This document shows, piece after piece, positions 28,890-42,518 of a stretch of DNA of 64,000 nucleotides. This stretch comes from the human T2T-CHM13v2.0 reference genome, Homo sapiens, in the NCBI RefSeq assembly GCF_009914755.1, contig NC_060930.1; one strand, 5' to 3'. Position numbers and translations under genes: made by a program. The first letter of the stretch is position 1. Each line of letters starts with the position of its first letter. A model generated the notes under the pieces. That model searched no databases. It was not told the origin of the DNA and saw only the letters and a list, made by a program, of their open reading frames with translations.

Positions 28890-31439
28890 CCTGGAAAACA
28901 CTGTTTGCTTTTGCTCTTTAAGTGAGCAATTCCACATTTAGGGATTGATCTGGAAGGGAAATCCATCATTATTGCATTGTGATTACAAAAGACTGAAACA
29001 ACCTAAATGTCCTTCAGTGAATTAAACTCATGATAACACCCACGCGATGGAGGACTGTGCTGCCTCCGCCCTCAGGGTGAGAGTGCTTCCCGGGTCATCC
29101 CCTACTCCAGGCTAGTCTCCTCTCCATTCTCTCACTGGGTCCTCTCCATTCTCTCCCTTGTCCAAATCTGGCCGGGCCGGCTTCAGCCCAGCCTCTGCCC
29201 AGAACCCCCGTGGAAGGGCAGCCCTACTGTCTGCTGACCGGCAGTCCATGGCTTTCACGTCGTGTCGTGGTTTCTTCCTGTGTCATGTCTTCGCTTCTTA
29301 GCTAGGTCATAAGCTTCTTTAGATCACGCCTTCTGCTTATCTGCCCAGAAAGGGGACCGCTCGCTCAGCCTCTCTCTCCATCTCTGTCTCTCTCTCCCTC
29401 TTGTCCCCCAGCATGTCTGGCCATAAAACATCAGGCCCCCTCTGCAGTCTCCATCCCCAGCGCCCACACAATGGATGGGCTTCAACTCTGGAAATTACCA
29501 CTTTTGCTGCTCCACACAGCAGGGGATGGGAAGAGGGGGAGACATAGAGGAGGAACTTCTTGGGAACAAGAACAAGCTCTATTCTCAGAGTCAGAAGTCC
29601 TGGGTTTGAGTCCTGACTCTGTTATTTTTAGGCTGTGTGACTTGAGACAAATTACTTGGCGTCTCTGACCTTGACTGCCCTGTGTGAAGTGCAGCTGTTA
29701 CTGCTTGAGTAAAAGGGGTCGTGAGTCAGGTTGTTTGCCTCTGAGCCCCCAAGTGCCCGCACCTGGAAAGCTTTAATACCGCCCATGCCCTTCATGATAC
29801 TGGGCCGTAGTTCATAGAGAAAGATACCATGGGTGAGCCTCACACCGGATTCAGGGCCACGAGTTTGGTTGTTTTGACCAAAACTTGGTACTTGGGGAGG
29901 AAGAGAGGACTTGAGCGCCTGGAGACTCATCATTCCATGAGGTCTCGTCTCAGACGTCCTTGGCATTGGTTTATGTCTCATATCTGGTTCACAGTTGTGC
30001 TTGGTGAACCAGAAGCGTAACCCAAATAAGTCACTCTGTGGTATTTAAAAAAATTAACAGGAAGAGCCTGTGTGGGGTGATGAGTGTGGATGCACATTTC
30101 AATTTTAGTTTTCACCATTTAGCACACATGTCCAGGAAAACATGCTTCTGTCACCAAACAGTCAGCTGGGCGAGGTCCCTTTCCACCTAGTTGACCTGGG
30201 TGCAGTGAGGGTGGCACTTGTCATCCTCTGGTGTGGTCAGTGGAGTGGAAAGAGCTTTGAGTTCCTGCAGGCTCTACCATGAAGGAGCTGTGTGACCTTG
30301 GACAGGTTACTTCCCTTCTCCAAGCTTTAGCTCTTCACCTGTAAAGGGGGGCCCTCCTTTACTGGGTCTCGAGAAGGTGAAATGGAAAGTATCTAGGCCC
30401 ATTCCTGGCACGCAGCAGGCCTTCAGTCGGTGGTAGGCATTACTGTCATTTAAAACATTCATACACGGGAAACAGAAGCAAACCACTGTTACTGCGGGGT
30501 TTTCTGTTACAGCTGAACTAAATTCCAATGAACACACTTACTTTACAGATAAATTCCACACTTTGGAAAGGAATCCAAAGTTACAAGCCCCACATTTCCT
30601 ATACATGGCCTAGTCTCCAAATGTGTTTCATATTTTAGCAAAATCACCAGCACTCTCTCAGTGGACATTCTCTGCAGTCTTTAACAGTCAGTCTTCAAAG
30701 CCCATATTAAGAAGGTGGTGTGTCTAAGTCCTGGCCAGTGGAACAGAACAGGAATGATGAGTGCAAGAGACGTGTTCTTAAGATGGGAGAGGCTGTACCC
30801 TCCTTATTCTCTTCTGCCAGCTAGAGGCAGACACTAGAGGCTCGCAGCCCTGTGGCCACTGTACCTGCCACAAGGAGACACTGGGAAGGGTGGCCAGGCA
30901 TGAGGGAGGACAAGACAGCAGGGGCCCAGGTCCACATACACCAGGGAGTGCCACGCCAGCCCGGATTGACCATCTCTGGACTTTCTGAATGTGCAAAGAT
31001 ATCCCTAAAGAGCATAATTATTTTCCCCAATGCAGAACTTAACATTGCTGGTGGTGGAACCAGGCCTTCAGGAGCGCCTGATGCGGTTGGGCCAACTGTG
31101 AATAACGGAGAGAAACAGGAAGAGGGAACACTCCGGCCAATATTACTTTTCATGTAAAGTAAATCTTTTCATTAAATAATGGTAAAAGTCAAGAGAAAGA
31201 CTTAATTACTACCTTTGTGTTTATAAAACTTTGTTTTATAAAACTTGATGTAACTATGGTCAAGATAGGACAATATTTAAAGAAATAAAAGCACCAAGGT
31301 ACAAGGTCAGCACAAAAAGTTGTGCTGATTAAGGGAATAGTGTCATCCCCAAGGGCGGTATCTGGCGGTGTGCCCCAGACTCTGCCCTTGACCCAGGACT
31401 GCTTAACATTCCAAGCATTCACTTGCAGGAAAGCCTAAA

Positions 31440-32320
31440 AAGCACACTTATTACATTCCGGGATGATTTGAAGCTGGTCAGGAGAGCTCATGATTTGAAA
31501 AATATTGCAGGATGCAAAAAGTATTTTGACCAAACAGAATGATGAGCTGAATGTAACAGTATGAAATGAGATAACGATGAATAGAAGAATCTGACAGATT
31601 TGGGGCCTAGATACCAATGGCCTCTGTATAAGACTAGAAGGGGAATTGTGTTCAGTTATGAACTTTGGGGGAAACAGAATCATCAGGGCGAAGAGATGGG
31701 AGTCGTGGTTGGGCGGAGAGCTGGTGGGGCGTGGGAAAGTGATGTAAGAGCCCCGTGTTAGGTGCCTCGGGCTGCCGTAACACAGTGCTGCACACTGCGG
31801 GCTGAAACAACAGACTTTACTGTCTCTCCGTTTTGGAGGCTAGAAGTCCAAGGTCAAGGTGTCATCAGGGTTGGCTCTTCTGGGGGCTGTGGGGGAGAAC
31901 CTGTTCCTTGCCTCTCTCCTGGCTTCTGACAGTTTGCTGGCAATCTTTGGCATTCATTGTACTGTAGCTCCATCACCCCAGTCTCTGTTTTCATCTTCAC
32001 ATGGCATTCTTCCTGTGTGCTTGCCTCTGTCCATGCTTCCCTCTTTTGTAAGGACACCAGGTGTATTGGATTAGGGCCCACCCTAATGACCTCATTTTAG
32101 CTTGCTCATCTGCAAAGACCCTATTCCAGTTAAGGTCACATTCACAGGTATTGGGGTTAGGACTCTAACATCTTTTTTGGAGAAGACACAGTTCAACCTG
32201 TAGCAAGCCCTTCCCCAATTTGAAGGGCTGTAACATGCAAGAGGCTTAATTTTCTTTCATGTGACCCCAAGGAAGAGAAGCAGGGCCATGGAAGCAGATT
32301 CCAGTCCAGCAAGAAGACCT
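31440..32320. mobile_element. CR1/L3 remnant (+, ~31440-31720 and ~32205-32320) interrupted by an MLT1-family MaLR LTR (-, ~31756-32200)
   Basis: cttattacattccgggatgatttgaagctgg resembles the CR1 RT FADDxKL region; ttttggaggctagaagtccaaggtcaaggtgtc and ggattagggcccaccctaatgacctcattt are MLT1. Confidence 0.7.
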
Positions 32321-32439
32321 CAAAGTATTAATTCATTGTTTGCTGTGTAGCTCCAGGCTTCTTTCCTCTCTCAGTTGTGCCCAACAGCAATTTTTTCCCC
32401 TCCTGCCCCCATATAAGCAAAAACAAAGATTCAAATAAA

Positions 32440-33985
<1,546 letters not shown>

Positions 33986-34384
33986 CTGACCAAAGGTCAA
34001 AGGATGATTTTTGGGGAAAGAGTTCTTCCTCCTTTCTCAGAAGAGAAGAGGGAGAAGAGGTGCGTGGGGGAGATATAGTGACTCTAATGGGAGAGGGAGG
34101 ACTAACAGGAGGGAGACATTTAAAAATGACCTGGGTATAGCCTTTGAAAATACACAGAAATGTTTAATAAAAATGCACTAGTAATGGACACGCAGTTTGT
34201 GATTGGCTTTTAAAAAATGTTACATGGTAAGTTTTTATGGAATTCATTTTTTTCTGCAATATTATTTTTAGTGGCTGTCATCTTGCTCCTAAATTCCCTT
34301 CTGTGTGTCTCCTTACCTTATCTCCCCACCTCACACCATTCACAAGAATAAATTCCAGGTGCTTTAAGAACTTTTAAAAATTTA

Positions 34385-34710
34385 GGCCAGGTGTGGTGGC
34401 GCATGCCTGTAATACCAGCAATTTGGGAAGCTGAGGCAGGCTGATCACTTAAGGTCAGGAGTTCACCACCAGCCTAGCCAACACAGCAAAACTTTGTCTC
34501 TAGTAAAAATACAAAAATTAGCTAGTGGTTGTGGCACGCACCTGCAGTCCCAGCTACTCAGGAGGCTAAGGCAGGAGAATTGCTTGAACCTGGGAAGCAG
34601 AGGTTTCAGTTAGCCGAGATCGTGCCACTGCGCTCCAGCCTGGGCAACACAGTGAGACTCTGTCTCAAAAACAAAAACAAAAACAAACAAACAAACAAAC
34701 AAGAAAAAAT
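34385..34710 (+). mobile_element. AluS within old L1 remnants
   Basis: Full sense Alu with (AAAC)n tail. Confidence 0.92.
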
Positions 34711-34968
34711 TGAGCTGTCATTTGCACTCATCAGTTTGAAAAAATTGAAGTCTAATAATATGAAGGATTGATGAGGATAAAGAAGAAAATTGGCAATCTC
34801 ATCCACTGAGGGTGAAAGAAAGTACTTTGGTAGAATCTAGTGAAATGGGTGTATTCTATGGTTCAACAACTCTGATTCAGCATTTATACACAAGATAAAT
34901 TCTTCAACTTGTGCACAAGGAGAAGTGTACAAGGTTAGAAACAATTAAACCTTTCTAACTTTTCCCCA

Positions 34969-35139
34969 CTCAGTGGTCCCCCTTGATTGCTCCACAGCAA
35001 ATCCTCTTGAGACCCTCCCACATTTTATTTATTCTTTCCCTACTGATGGATGGAACATCCAAAGGTAGGGAAAGAATAAATAAAATGTGGGAGGGTCTCA
35101 AGAGGAATTGCTGCGCAACAATCAAAAGCGACCACTGAG
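34969..35139. repeat. Long inverted repeat (~75-84-bp arms) with a perfect 42-bp core
   Basis: 35002-35043 is the exact reverse complement of 35065-35106; outer arms pair with mismatches; inner ggatg-gaa-catcc closes the loop. Confidence 0.97.
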
Positions 35140-36052
35140 AAAAAAGAGGATGCAGAATGACATACTTAGCAAGAGAGCATTTGTGACAATCTAATTCACA
35201 GGTGAAACTTTCTTATTATTGGTAGGGACAGAAGTTGATATGCAAATATTTAGCTGGAGTGATAATGTAAATTACATAATTTAATAAATACATCCAATAT
35301 TTAAAAATATTCTCTTTTATTGCCTAAATTCTGGCAAAAATGGTTTATCAAATACATCTTATAATTTCCAAGTTGTTAATTTTCAGGAATTGCTGGTGTG
35401 AGCTTCTGTTTGATGTGGTGGACCCTCGGTAAGTGATGCACTGGTCTGGGCCATGCTTTGATACAAGAGATGGCAGCAAACTCTTCCAAGAATTTCCCCA
35501 CGAAATTATAGGCATGAGGTAACTTTTAGTCTCAATAAGCAGAAAATCTTTTGGAACATCAGATATTGTAAGTGGTGTTGATTTCTTCTCAGCTTCTGCT
35601 AAACTAACGGCAGCTAAATAAAACATTTTCGAGGCCTATAAAAACGTCAGAAGTTTCCATATATTCCATACCTCCATGAGTGATGAAATCATTGACATTC
35701 CTTTCTTGAAACGTCATATTTAATTAGATCAAGTCTAATCTTTCAGGTGGATGAGAGAAGATGCTCAATGTGTGGGCTTTGTTGCCAGATTGCCTGGTTT
35801 TGAATTCTGATTCTCCTGCGTCAGTTTTGATTACCTCTGTCTTCAGGTTCCTCATTTGTAAAGGGGGGCAGTGATGATGGTGATGATATGGATGGTACTT
35901 AGTGAGGCAGGAAACACTTAAAATGGTACCTGGCAGTGAGCATCACTACATAAATGTCAGCTCTCATTTTTATTAAGTTTAGATTCTTAATGCCAGTGAT
36001 GGGCGGGTGTTTCAATGTTTTAATACGTGTTTTATTTAAAAAAGGTGAAATT

Positions 36053-36407
<355 letters not shown>

Positions 36408-37076
36408 TCAACAGGGACATACCCCTGATGAAAGAGGGACCTACCCCTGAGGGGACGTGGCCCTCAATGCCCCTACAGACTTGGGCCCGCATCCCTCCTT
36501 CTGTCGCACGGGTGCCTCTGCTGTCAGAACCAGCAGCATTAACCAGCGCCGGCCAAGTCACTGCCTGGCTACTTGCTCTCCCACCTGGCAGAGCTCAGAG
36601 GCCGCAGTTCCACACGTGGCCACGTGAGGGCGATGCCAGGAGAGTGCCGGTTTATGGGGCAGCCACAGCCTTTGGGTGTGGGGGTCAGGGGATGGCTGCA
36701 CCACTGCCAAGGAGTGTCCAGGCTGCTGGGCCAAAGAGGCATGTTGGGATAGAATCTCGCGCAGGAGCTTCAGAGGTTTAGTGGGTGCAGGGGCTCCCCA
36801 GCCAGGCCCTCTGGGACAGTAACCTAGGTGCTGGAGGCTCCGTGACAGATGTCAACTCTTTAGTTGCTGGATTGTAGCCAGGTGCAGGAGCCCCGGGGAA
36901 AGGCTCAGGTGGCGAGGGCCATTCACCAACCTGTACGTAAGAACTTTGATTTTTTGCCAACTAATACAGCTGGGCACTACACAAACACAGATCCCTTGTC
37001 ATGGATGTGTAACAAAAGCTGAATAGGCATGATTATAGCAGTTCATGCCTCGTAGTAATGTTCCCAGTGAAATTGA

Positions 37077-37346
<270 letters not shown>

Positions 37347-40300
37347 AAAATGAATAACGCTTAACTCAAAGTGGCGTGGGTATGAGCATTGTTACTCTTT
37401 ATACTCCTTTGTAATAAATTAAAAAAATTCTCAGAGACAATTTGGATCATCCAATGCGTTTTTGAAAGACTAGAGGATATCTTTAAAAAATCAGCATAAA
37501 CAAAGAAAACTACTAAAATGTCACTTGGCAACAGCAGCATTCTTTAGCAAAATTGCAAGTTACACAAATTTTACCTTCCAAATTCCTCATTCTAGTCCCT
37601 GTGCCCTGCCCTGCCCTGCCTGTTGTCATGTCCCAGTGGCTGCTGCTGTTCTCCGTGGTGTAAATGCTGCCACTTGTGAGTTTCCTGTACAAAAAGGTGT
37701 GCTGTGACCTCTTCCTCATTCACCTGGTCTTCAGCTGTTTTATTCTTGATTTGGGGCTCAGAATTGTTCCTTCCCTGAAGATGATCAAAGGACATGCACA
37801 CATCCAAAGTTTTGCTCTGTGATAGCATAGACTTCTTGATTATGATTTTATAAAAACTGCTTTTCAGAAACAAAAGTCAAGATGCCAGATTTATAAAGTC
37901 AAGATGCCAGATTTATAGAGGATTAGCAGCTTGTAGCCCCATTTTAAAACGAAGTAAAAATGAAATTCAATTGGCAAATTTATTATTTGCTAAGTTATAT
38001 CTTTAAATGTAAAATATTCAACTTGATATTAAATAACAAATGAATACATTGCCTCAGTCCAAAAAGGATCAGAGATAATGTCAAATGAGATGATTCAGTG
38101 AGCAAAAGATAGCACGAGATATAAAATTACAAAATTACTTCACGCCTCTATCTTCGTGCTCCTTGTAAATGATAGCAAACTCCCTTTTCCCCACCCCATT
38201 TTTTCCTTTTACTTATCTAGTCTCCTCCATAGTTTGAACATTTTCAAAACTGTACAGTTCCTGCTTAAAGAAATGAACAGCTGCTGGTAGAATTTCAGGT
38301 GCAGACACTCAGTTGGACAGGTCATCGGGGCCGGAGGTCCTTCCCAGGGCTGGTCAGGCTGCTCTAGGTGGACAAGAGCGTGCCTCTGGGAAGTGAGAGG
38401 CCTGGTGCTGATAACCTAGTATCAGTGCAGTTGCAGACCGGTGTTGGCGTTGGCCGGGAAGGAGGGCAGCGGCGTGGCTTGAGGTCATGGAGGACGCGCA
38501 GGGCAGGCTTGAAGCTGGAGGGACATACTTTGCATACCAATTCCTTTTCTGGATCCTGTTAGTGGTGAAACTCCGAGTGTCCTTGTCACTGATGGCATGG
38601 TACAGACCACCTGGTCAGGGGACAGCCCTTGCATTATGTTTCCAGGGGGGTTCAGAAGCCTTAACACTTTCTTTGGAAGATCTCTCTGCCATTGCCCCTG
38701 ATAGGATAGATCAGCTGCTCTGTGGCTTGCTTTTCCTGACATCTCTCCTTTGGCCTCCTCCACCTGGCACCACCACCTCCTTTCCTCTTCCTGATGGGCT
38801 TCTAGAAACCTTCAAAGATTATTCCTCCTGCAGCATTTATATTTTAAAAGGAGACAGTGGAGCAGACACTCTAACTCAAATAGTAAAATGAAAACTATGC
38901 TGTAACACGCACCTACTGGGTATCAGGAGCTTGCACAAGTGTTGCTCATTTAATCTTCACTACAACCCTGCAAGGTTTTGCTTCCCTAGTTAACAGATAG
39001 GAAAGTGGAGGCCTGGGGGTTTAGGGAGGTACAGTCAAGCAGTCAAGTTCACAGAGCTGGAGGCTTTCTGGTGGGGCTGGACTTGAATACACTTTTGGTA
39101 GAGTCTCAGTCCCTAGGCCCCTCCTCATGACATCGCCCCCTCCCCTCCCATCCTGCTTCAGGGCCTGGGCCCAGAGCCCACACGGGAGCCAGGACCCTTG
39201 CTCCTTGCCCGTGCCTAGGCTGCCGTGGGTGGCAGAGGAAGGGCTCTCTGGTCCAGACTACCCTTCTGTGACTTGAACAGGAAAAGACAAAGGTCCCATT
39301 TTAGAGCTGCAGCCTGTTTCCATGTCTCTAGTTGCTGAACCACCAGGAGGAAAAGCATTTGAGGTATTTCCATGGGAAATGGTAGCCAACAAAAGCGCCG
39401 TTGGGTGGTATTCTAGTTAATTGCAGGAAGGCGGGCAGCCCTCCAGGATATTACCTTTCTTAGGCTGGAAAGTGTTTCTTTGAAAAACGTTTTGGTTCAG
39501 CCGAGGCCTCCTAAGTTTTTGCAGATTTGCTTGTTCGTAACTATGAAGAGAGTCACCAAGTCGGTCCTTTGGGGGGCGGGGTGGGGGTAAGGTGAAGGCA
39601 GCATCGCTGGGAGGAAACTACTCCGATGACAACTTTTTGCTAAATGGTGGCTGGAAAACACTGGATTATATTTCCCCCGGTACAAATTCCTAAAGGGGGC
39701 CAATCCCCCGAGGCCGGCCTCCCCCAGACAGAAACAGAATCTGTGACCCTGAATGAAATGTCTCATGCCCCTGTGAAGGGGAGAGGGCAGGAAATGAAGA
39801 GAAGTGATCTCTCTTTTTAAACACACTTTTTTTTTTTAAACACTGAAAAGAAAAGCATTTGCAAAGGTGCATGAATCCAAGTGTGTTGCTCCTGACACAT
39901 CGGTTTTGCATGTGCTTTTGCCTTTTCAGAATGTTTTCACTTCCTGGCAGCCTTGGGAGGTGAGCAAGGCCTCCATCCATCTCTGCACCTGAGAGATGAG
40001 GACGCTGAAGTTAAATGGCTTACCCCGCAGGTCATCCCACTGGTAAGACACGGAGCTGGTGCATTCGATCAGTCTGTCGCGGCCACATATTCCTGGGCAC
40101 CTCTTCTGTGCCCAGCCCAGGGCTGTGAAAAGGACATTGAGGTGGCCGCTGTCTAGCTGTGGATACACATGCCTCATTTAAGTAGAATGGTACAGAGCAG
40201 CCCAGCATGAGGTACGGTCCTTCAACTTGAAGCTGACCTGGAGCTCTGTGCAGCCATTGCCGCAAGTGGGTTGGAGTAGGGGGCAGGCTAACTTCTTGAA

Positions 40301-40446
40301 GGAGGCGTGAACAGCTGCTGAGACTGCGGACCCCTGAATGGTGCTCTTTCCACCAGGACCTCACTGAAATCTAGGTGCTGTTCCCCAAATGGAACATTTT
40401 AATTACTGCTGCCGATGACACGTTTTATATCTGCTAGTTGTTATAA

Positions 40447-41297
40447 ATGCAAATATAGAGAAATAGGAAGTAAAAGATCCAAGTGTCATTTCCCCTACTC
40501 CTGGCAACCGCAGTTGGCCCCCAACCCAAGATGAACACAGTTGGATATGTTGGGGTGTCTCTTTTGGACATTCTCATATGCATACAAGCTGTCTGGGCCT
40601 GTACCCTGGCTGCCTCCTCCACCGTACTCTCTGCGCAGAAGCTGACCGGTGTGCACTGCATCAAAGGGCTCAGCCTCTGCAAGGGACAGGAGGTGTGGCT
40701 AGGATATTCCTGTCGCTGGCTCCCTCTGTGCCAGGTCAGACCTTGTGGTCAGAGGGATGGTGGCAAACTCCGTTGTCAGAGGGATGGTGGCAGACCCCGT
40801 TGTCAGAGGGCTGGTGGCAGACCCCGTGGTCAGAAGGCTGGTGGCAGATCCTGGGGTCAGAGGGCTGGTGGCAGACCCCGGGGTCAGAGGGCTGGTGGCA
40901 GACCCCGGGGTCAGAGGGCTGGTGGCAGACCCCGTGGTCAGAAGGCTGGTGGCAGATCCTGGTGTCAGAGGGCTGGTGGCAGACCCCGGGGTCAGAGGGC
41001 TGGTGGCAGATCCTGGGGTCAGAGGGCTGGCGGCAGCCCTCATGGTCAGGGGACTAGTCGCAGCAGCCCTCATGGTCAGGGGACTAGTGGCGGCCCTCTG
41101 CTGGGAGTCGTAGCTCCTGTCAGGTGGCCCCTTCACACATTTTCCCTCTCTGGATTCCCATAATGACCTCTTCCCTTTACCCTTCAGCCCTGCGGATGGT
41201 TACTGGCCCTTCTTCCCTTGTTGATTTCCTTAAACCCTATAAGTAAACTCTTTTCAAGTCACCTCACCCCATGTTTTTCAGAATCTTGACTGAGAAT
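40447..41297 (+). mobile_element. LTR33-like ERVL solo LTR hosting the minisatellite
   Basis: 3' part cccttcagccc..ggatggttac...cccttgttgatttccttaaaccct...taaactcttttcaa...cttgactga resembles the LTR33 end; the 5' boundary is uncertain. Confidence 0.45.
40749..41098. repeat. Minisatellite, 27-bp unit TCAGAGGGCTGGTGGCAGACCCCGGGG, 11 units plus 2 degenerate
   Basis: Direct reading; 9-aa periodicity in four overlapping ORFs. Confidence 0.97.
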
Positions 41298-41319
41298 AAG
41301 CACATATATTGTTTTGTAA

Positions 41320-41322
<3 letters not shown>

Positions 41323-41352
<30 letters not shown>
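41323..41352. repeat. (TG)15 microsatellite
   Basis: Direct reading. Confidence 0.95.
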
Positions 41353-41357
<5 letters not shown>

Positions 41358-42504
41358 GGAGTTATTATATATAAATATCCTGTAAAGTCATGAAGTCCTG
41401 GGGGCCTCAGATAAACCCTTAGAAGGATGTTACTGCATCACCCCGTTATTGATTAGGAAACAGAGGCTCAGAGAGGGTGAGTAATCTGCTCACAGTCACC
41501 AAATAAACAGAGGAGTGGCCATTCTAAGGCCAGTGTGCTATTTTACAGCATTCCAGTGGGTGGGTATAGATTATTCATGTAATCAGTCCCCCTATGGATA
41601 AACATTTAATGTTGTATTCAGTTTTTCTCCTTGATATCAAGGCATCCCCAAACACAATACATGATTTCTTCTGGAAGCCTGAAGCAGGCACAGAGCAGTG
41701 GGAGGCACAGAGGGTGAGGCTGAGCCAGCTGTCAGATCTGGGACAAGCCGTTCTGCTTCTCTCAGCCTCGATTTCCCCAGATGTCTACTAGGAAGAGCAT
41801 AGACCTTTGGACTTTGAGGCATGTGAGAGCCTGAGATTCTGCTGAGGCCTCGTTTTTAAATAGCTGCTCGTCTGAGGCTGGAGTGTGGGCAGTGATCAGC
41901 TGGCTACCAGGGAGGTGGCTGACGACAGGGTCCCCTTGTCCCCATAAGACTTTTATGGTACCACCTTTCAGGCATGTCCCATCCTGCTCATGAGCTGCAG
42001 AGACATTTGCTTCTGGAGGAAGCACTGAAGAGAAAACCAGCTATTAGTACTAGGATTGAAACAAAGAGAAAATGAAGATTCTGAGAAAGTGACTGTTCTT
42101 AGAATCAAGAAGTGTTATGGGGGAAACGATGTGTTCTTGGAGCATTTAGGGGAGGAAATAGGTAAATCCAGGAGAGGGTGCTTGCCACTGCAAGCTGGTC
42201 TAGCTCCCTGCACCCTCAGCTCTGTCCAGGAACCCTCTTCCTCCAAGTTCTTGAAGGCTGTGCGGGGCCCAGGCTCCAAAGAGGACAGATGCAGAGGCCA
42301 CTTGTCCTCCCCTCCCCAAGGACCCAGAGCCCGCAGCTCCAGCAGCATCTCCAGCCAGCTGCCTGTCTGTAGCCGACGCCCCCCAGGGCTGCAGGGTTGG
42401 GCGAACTGGCCTCTCCTGTGCGGCTGACCAGGTCCCCCGAGCTTCCTTAGGGTTGCAGGCAAGGAGGCTCCCGCAGGGAATCTGGAGCAAGGTGCATCCG
42501 GCGG

Positions 42505-42518
42505 CCAGCAGGTGTCAC
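42505..42518 (+). promoter_or_regulatory. Candidate CTCF site
   Basis: CCAGCAGGTGTCAC (13/14 to the core consensus), preceded by GG and followed by TG, in a CpG-enriched patch. Confidence 0.55.

Noticed and set aside
40749-41098. CRISPR-like array
   Set aside because: Head-to-tail tandem units without unique spacers, in human DNA, and no cas genes.
40483-41163. 226-aa Gly/Arg-rich ORF and overlapping repeat ORFs
   Set aside because: Openness is explained by a stop-free 27-bp minisatellite; non-ATG start, no promoter, splice or homology support.
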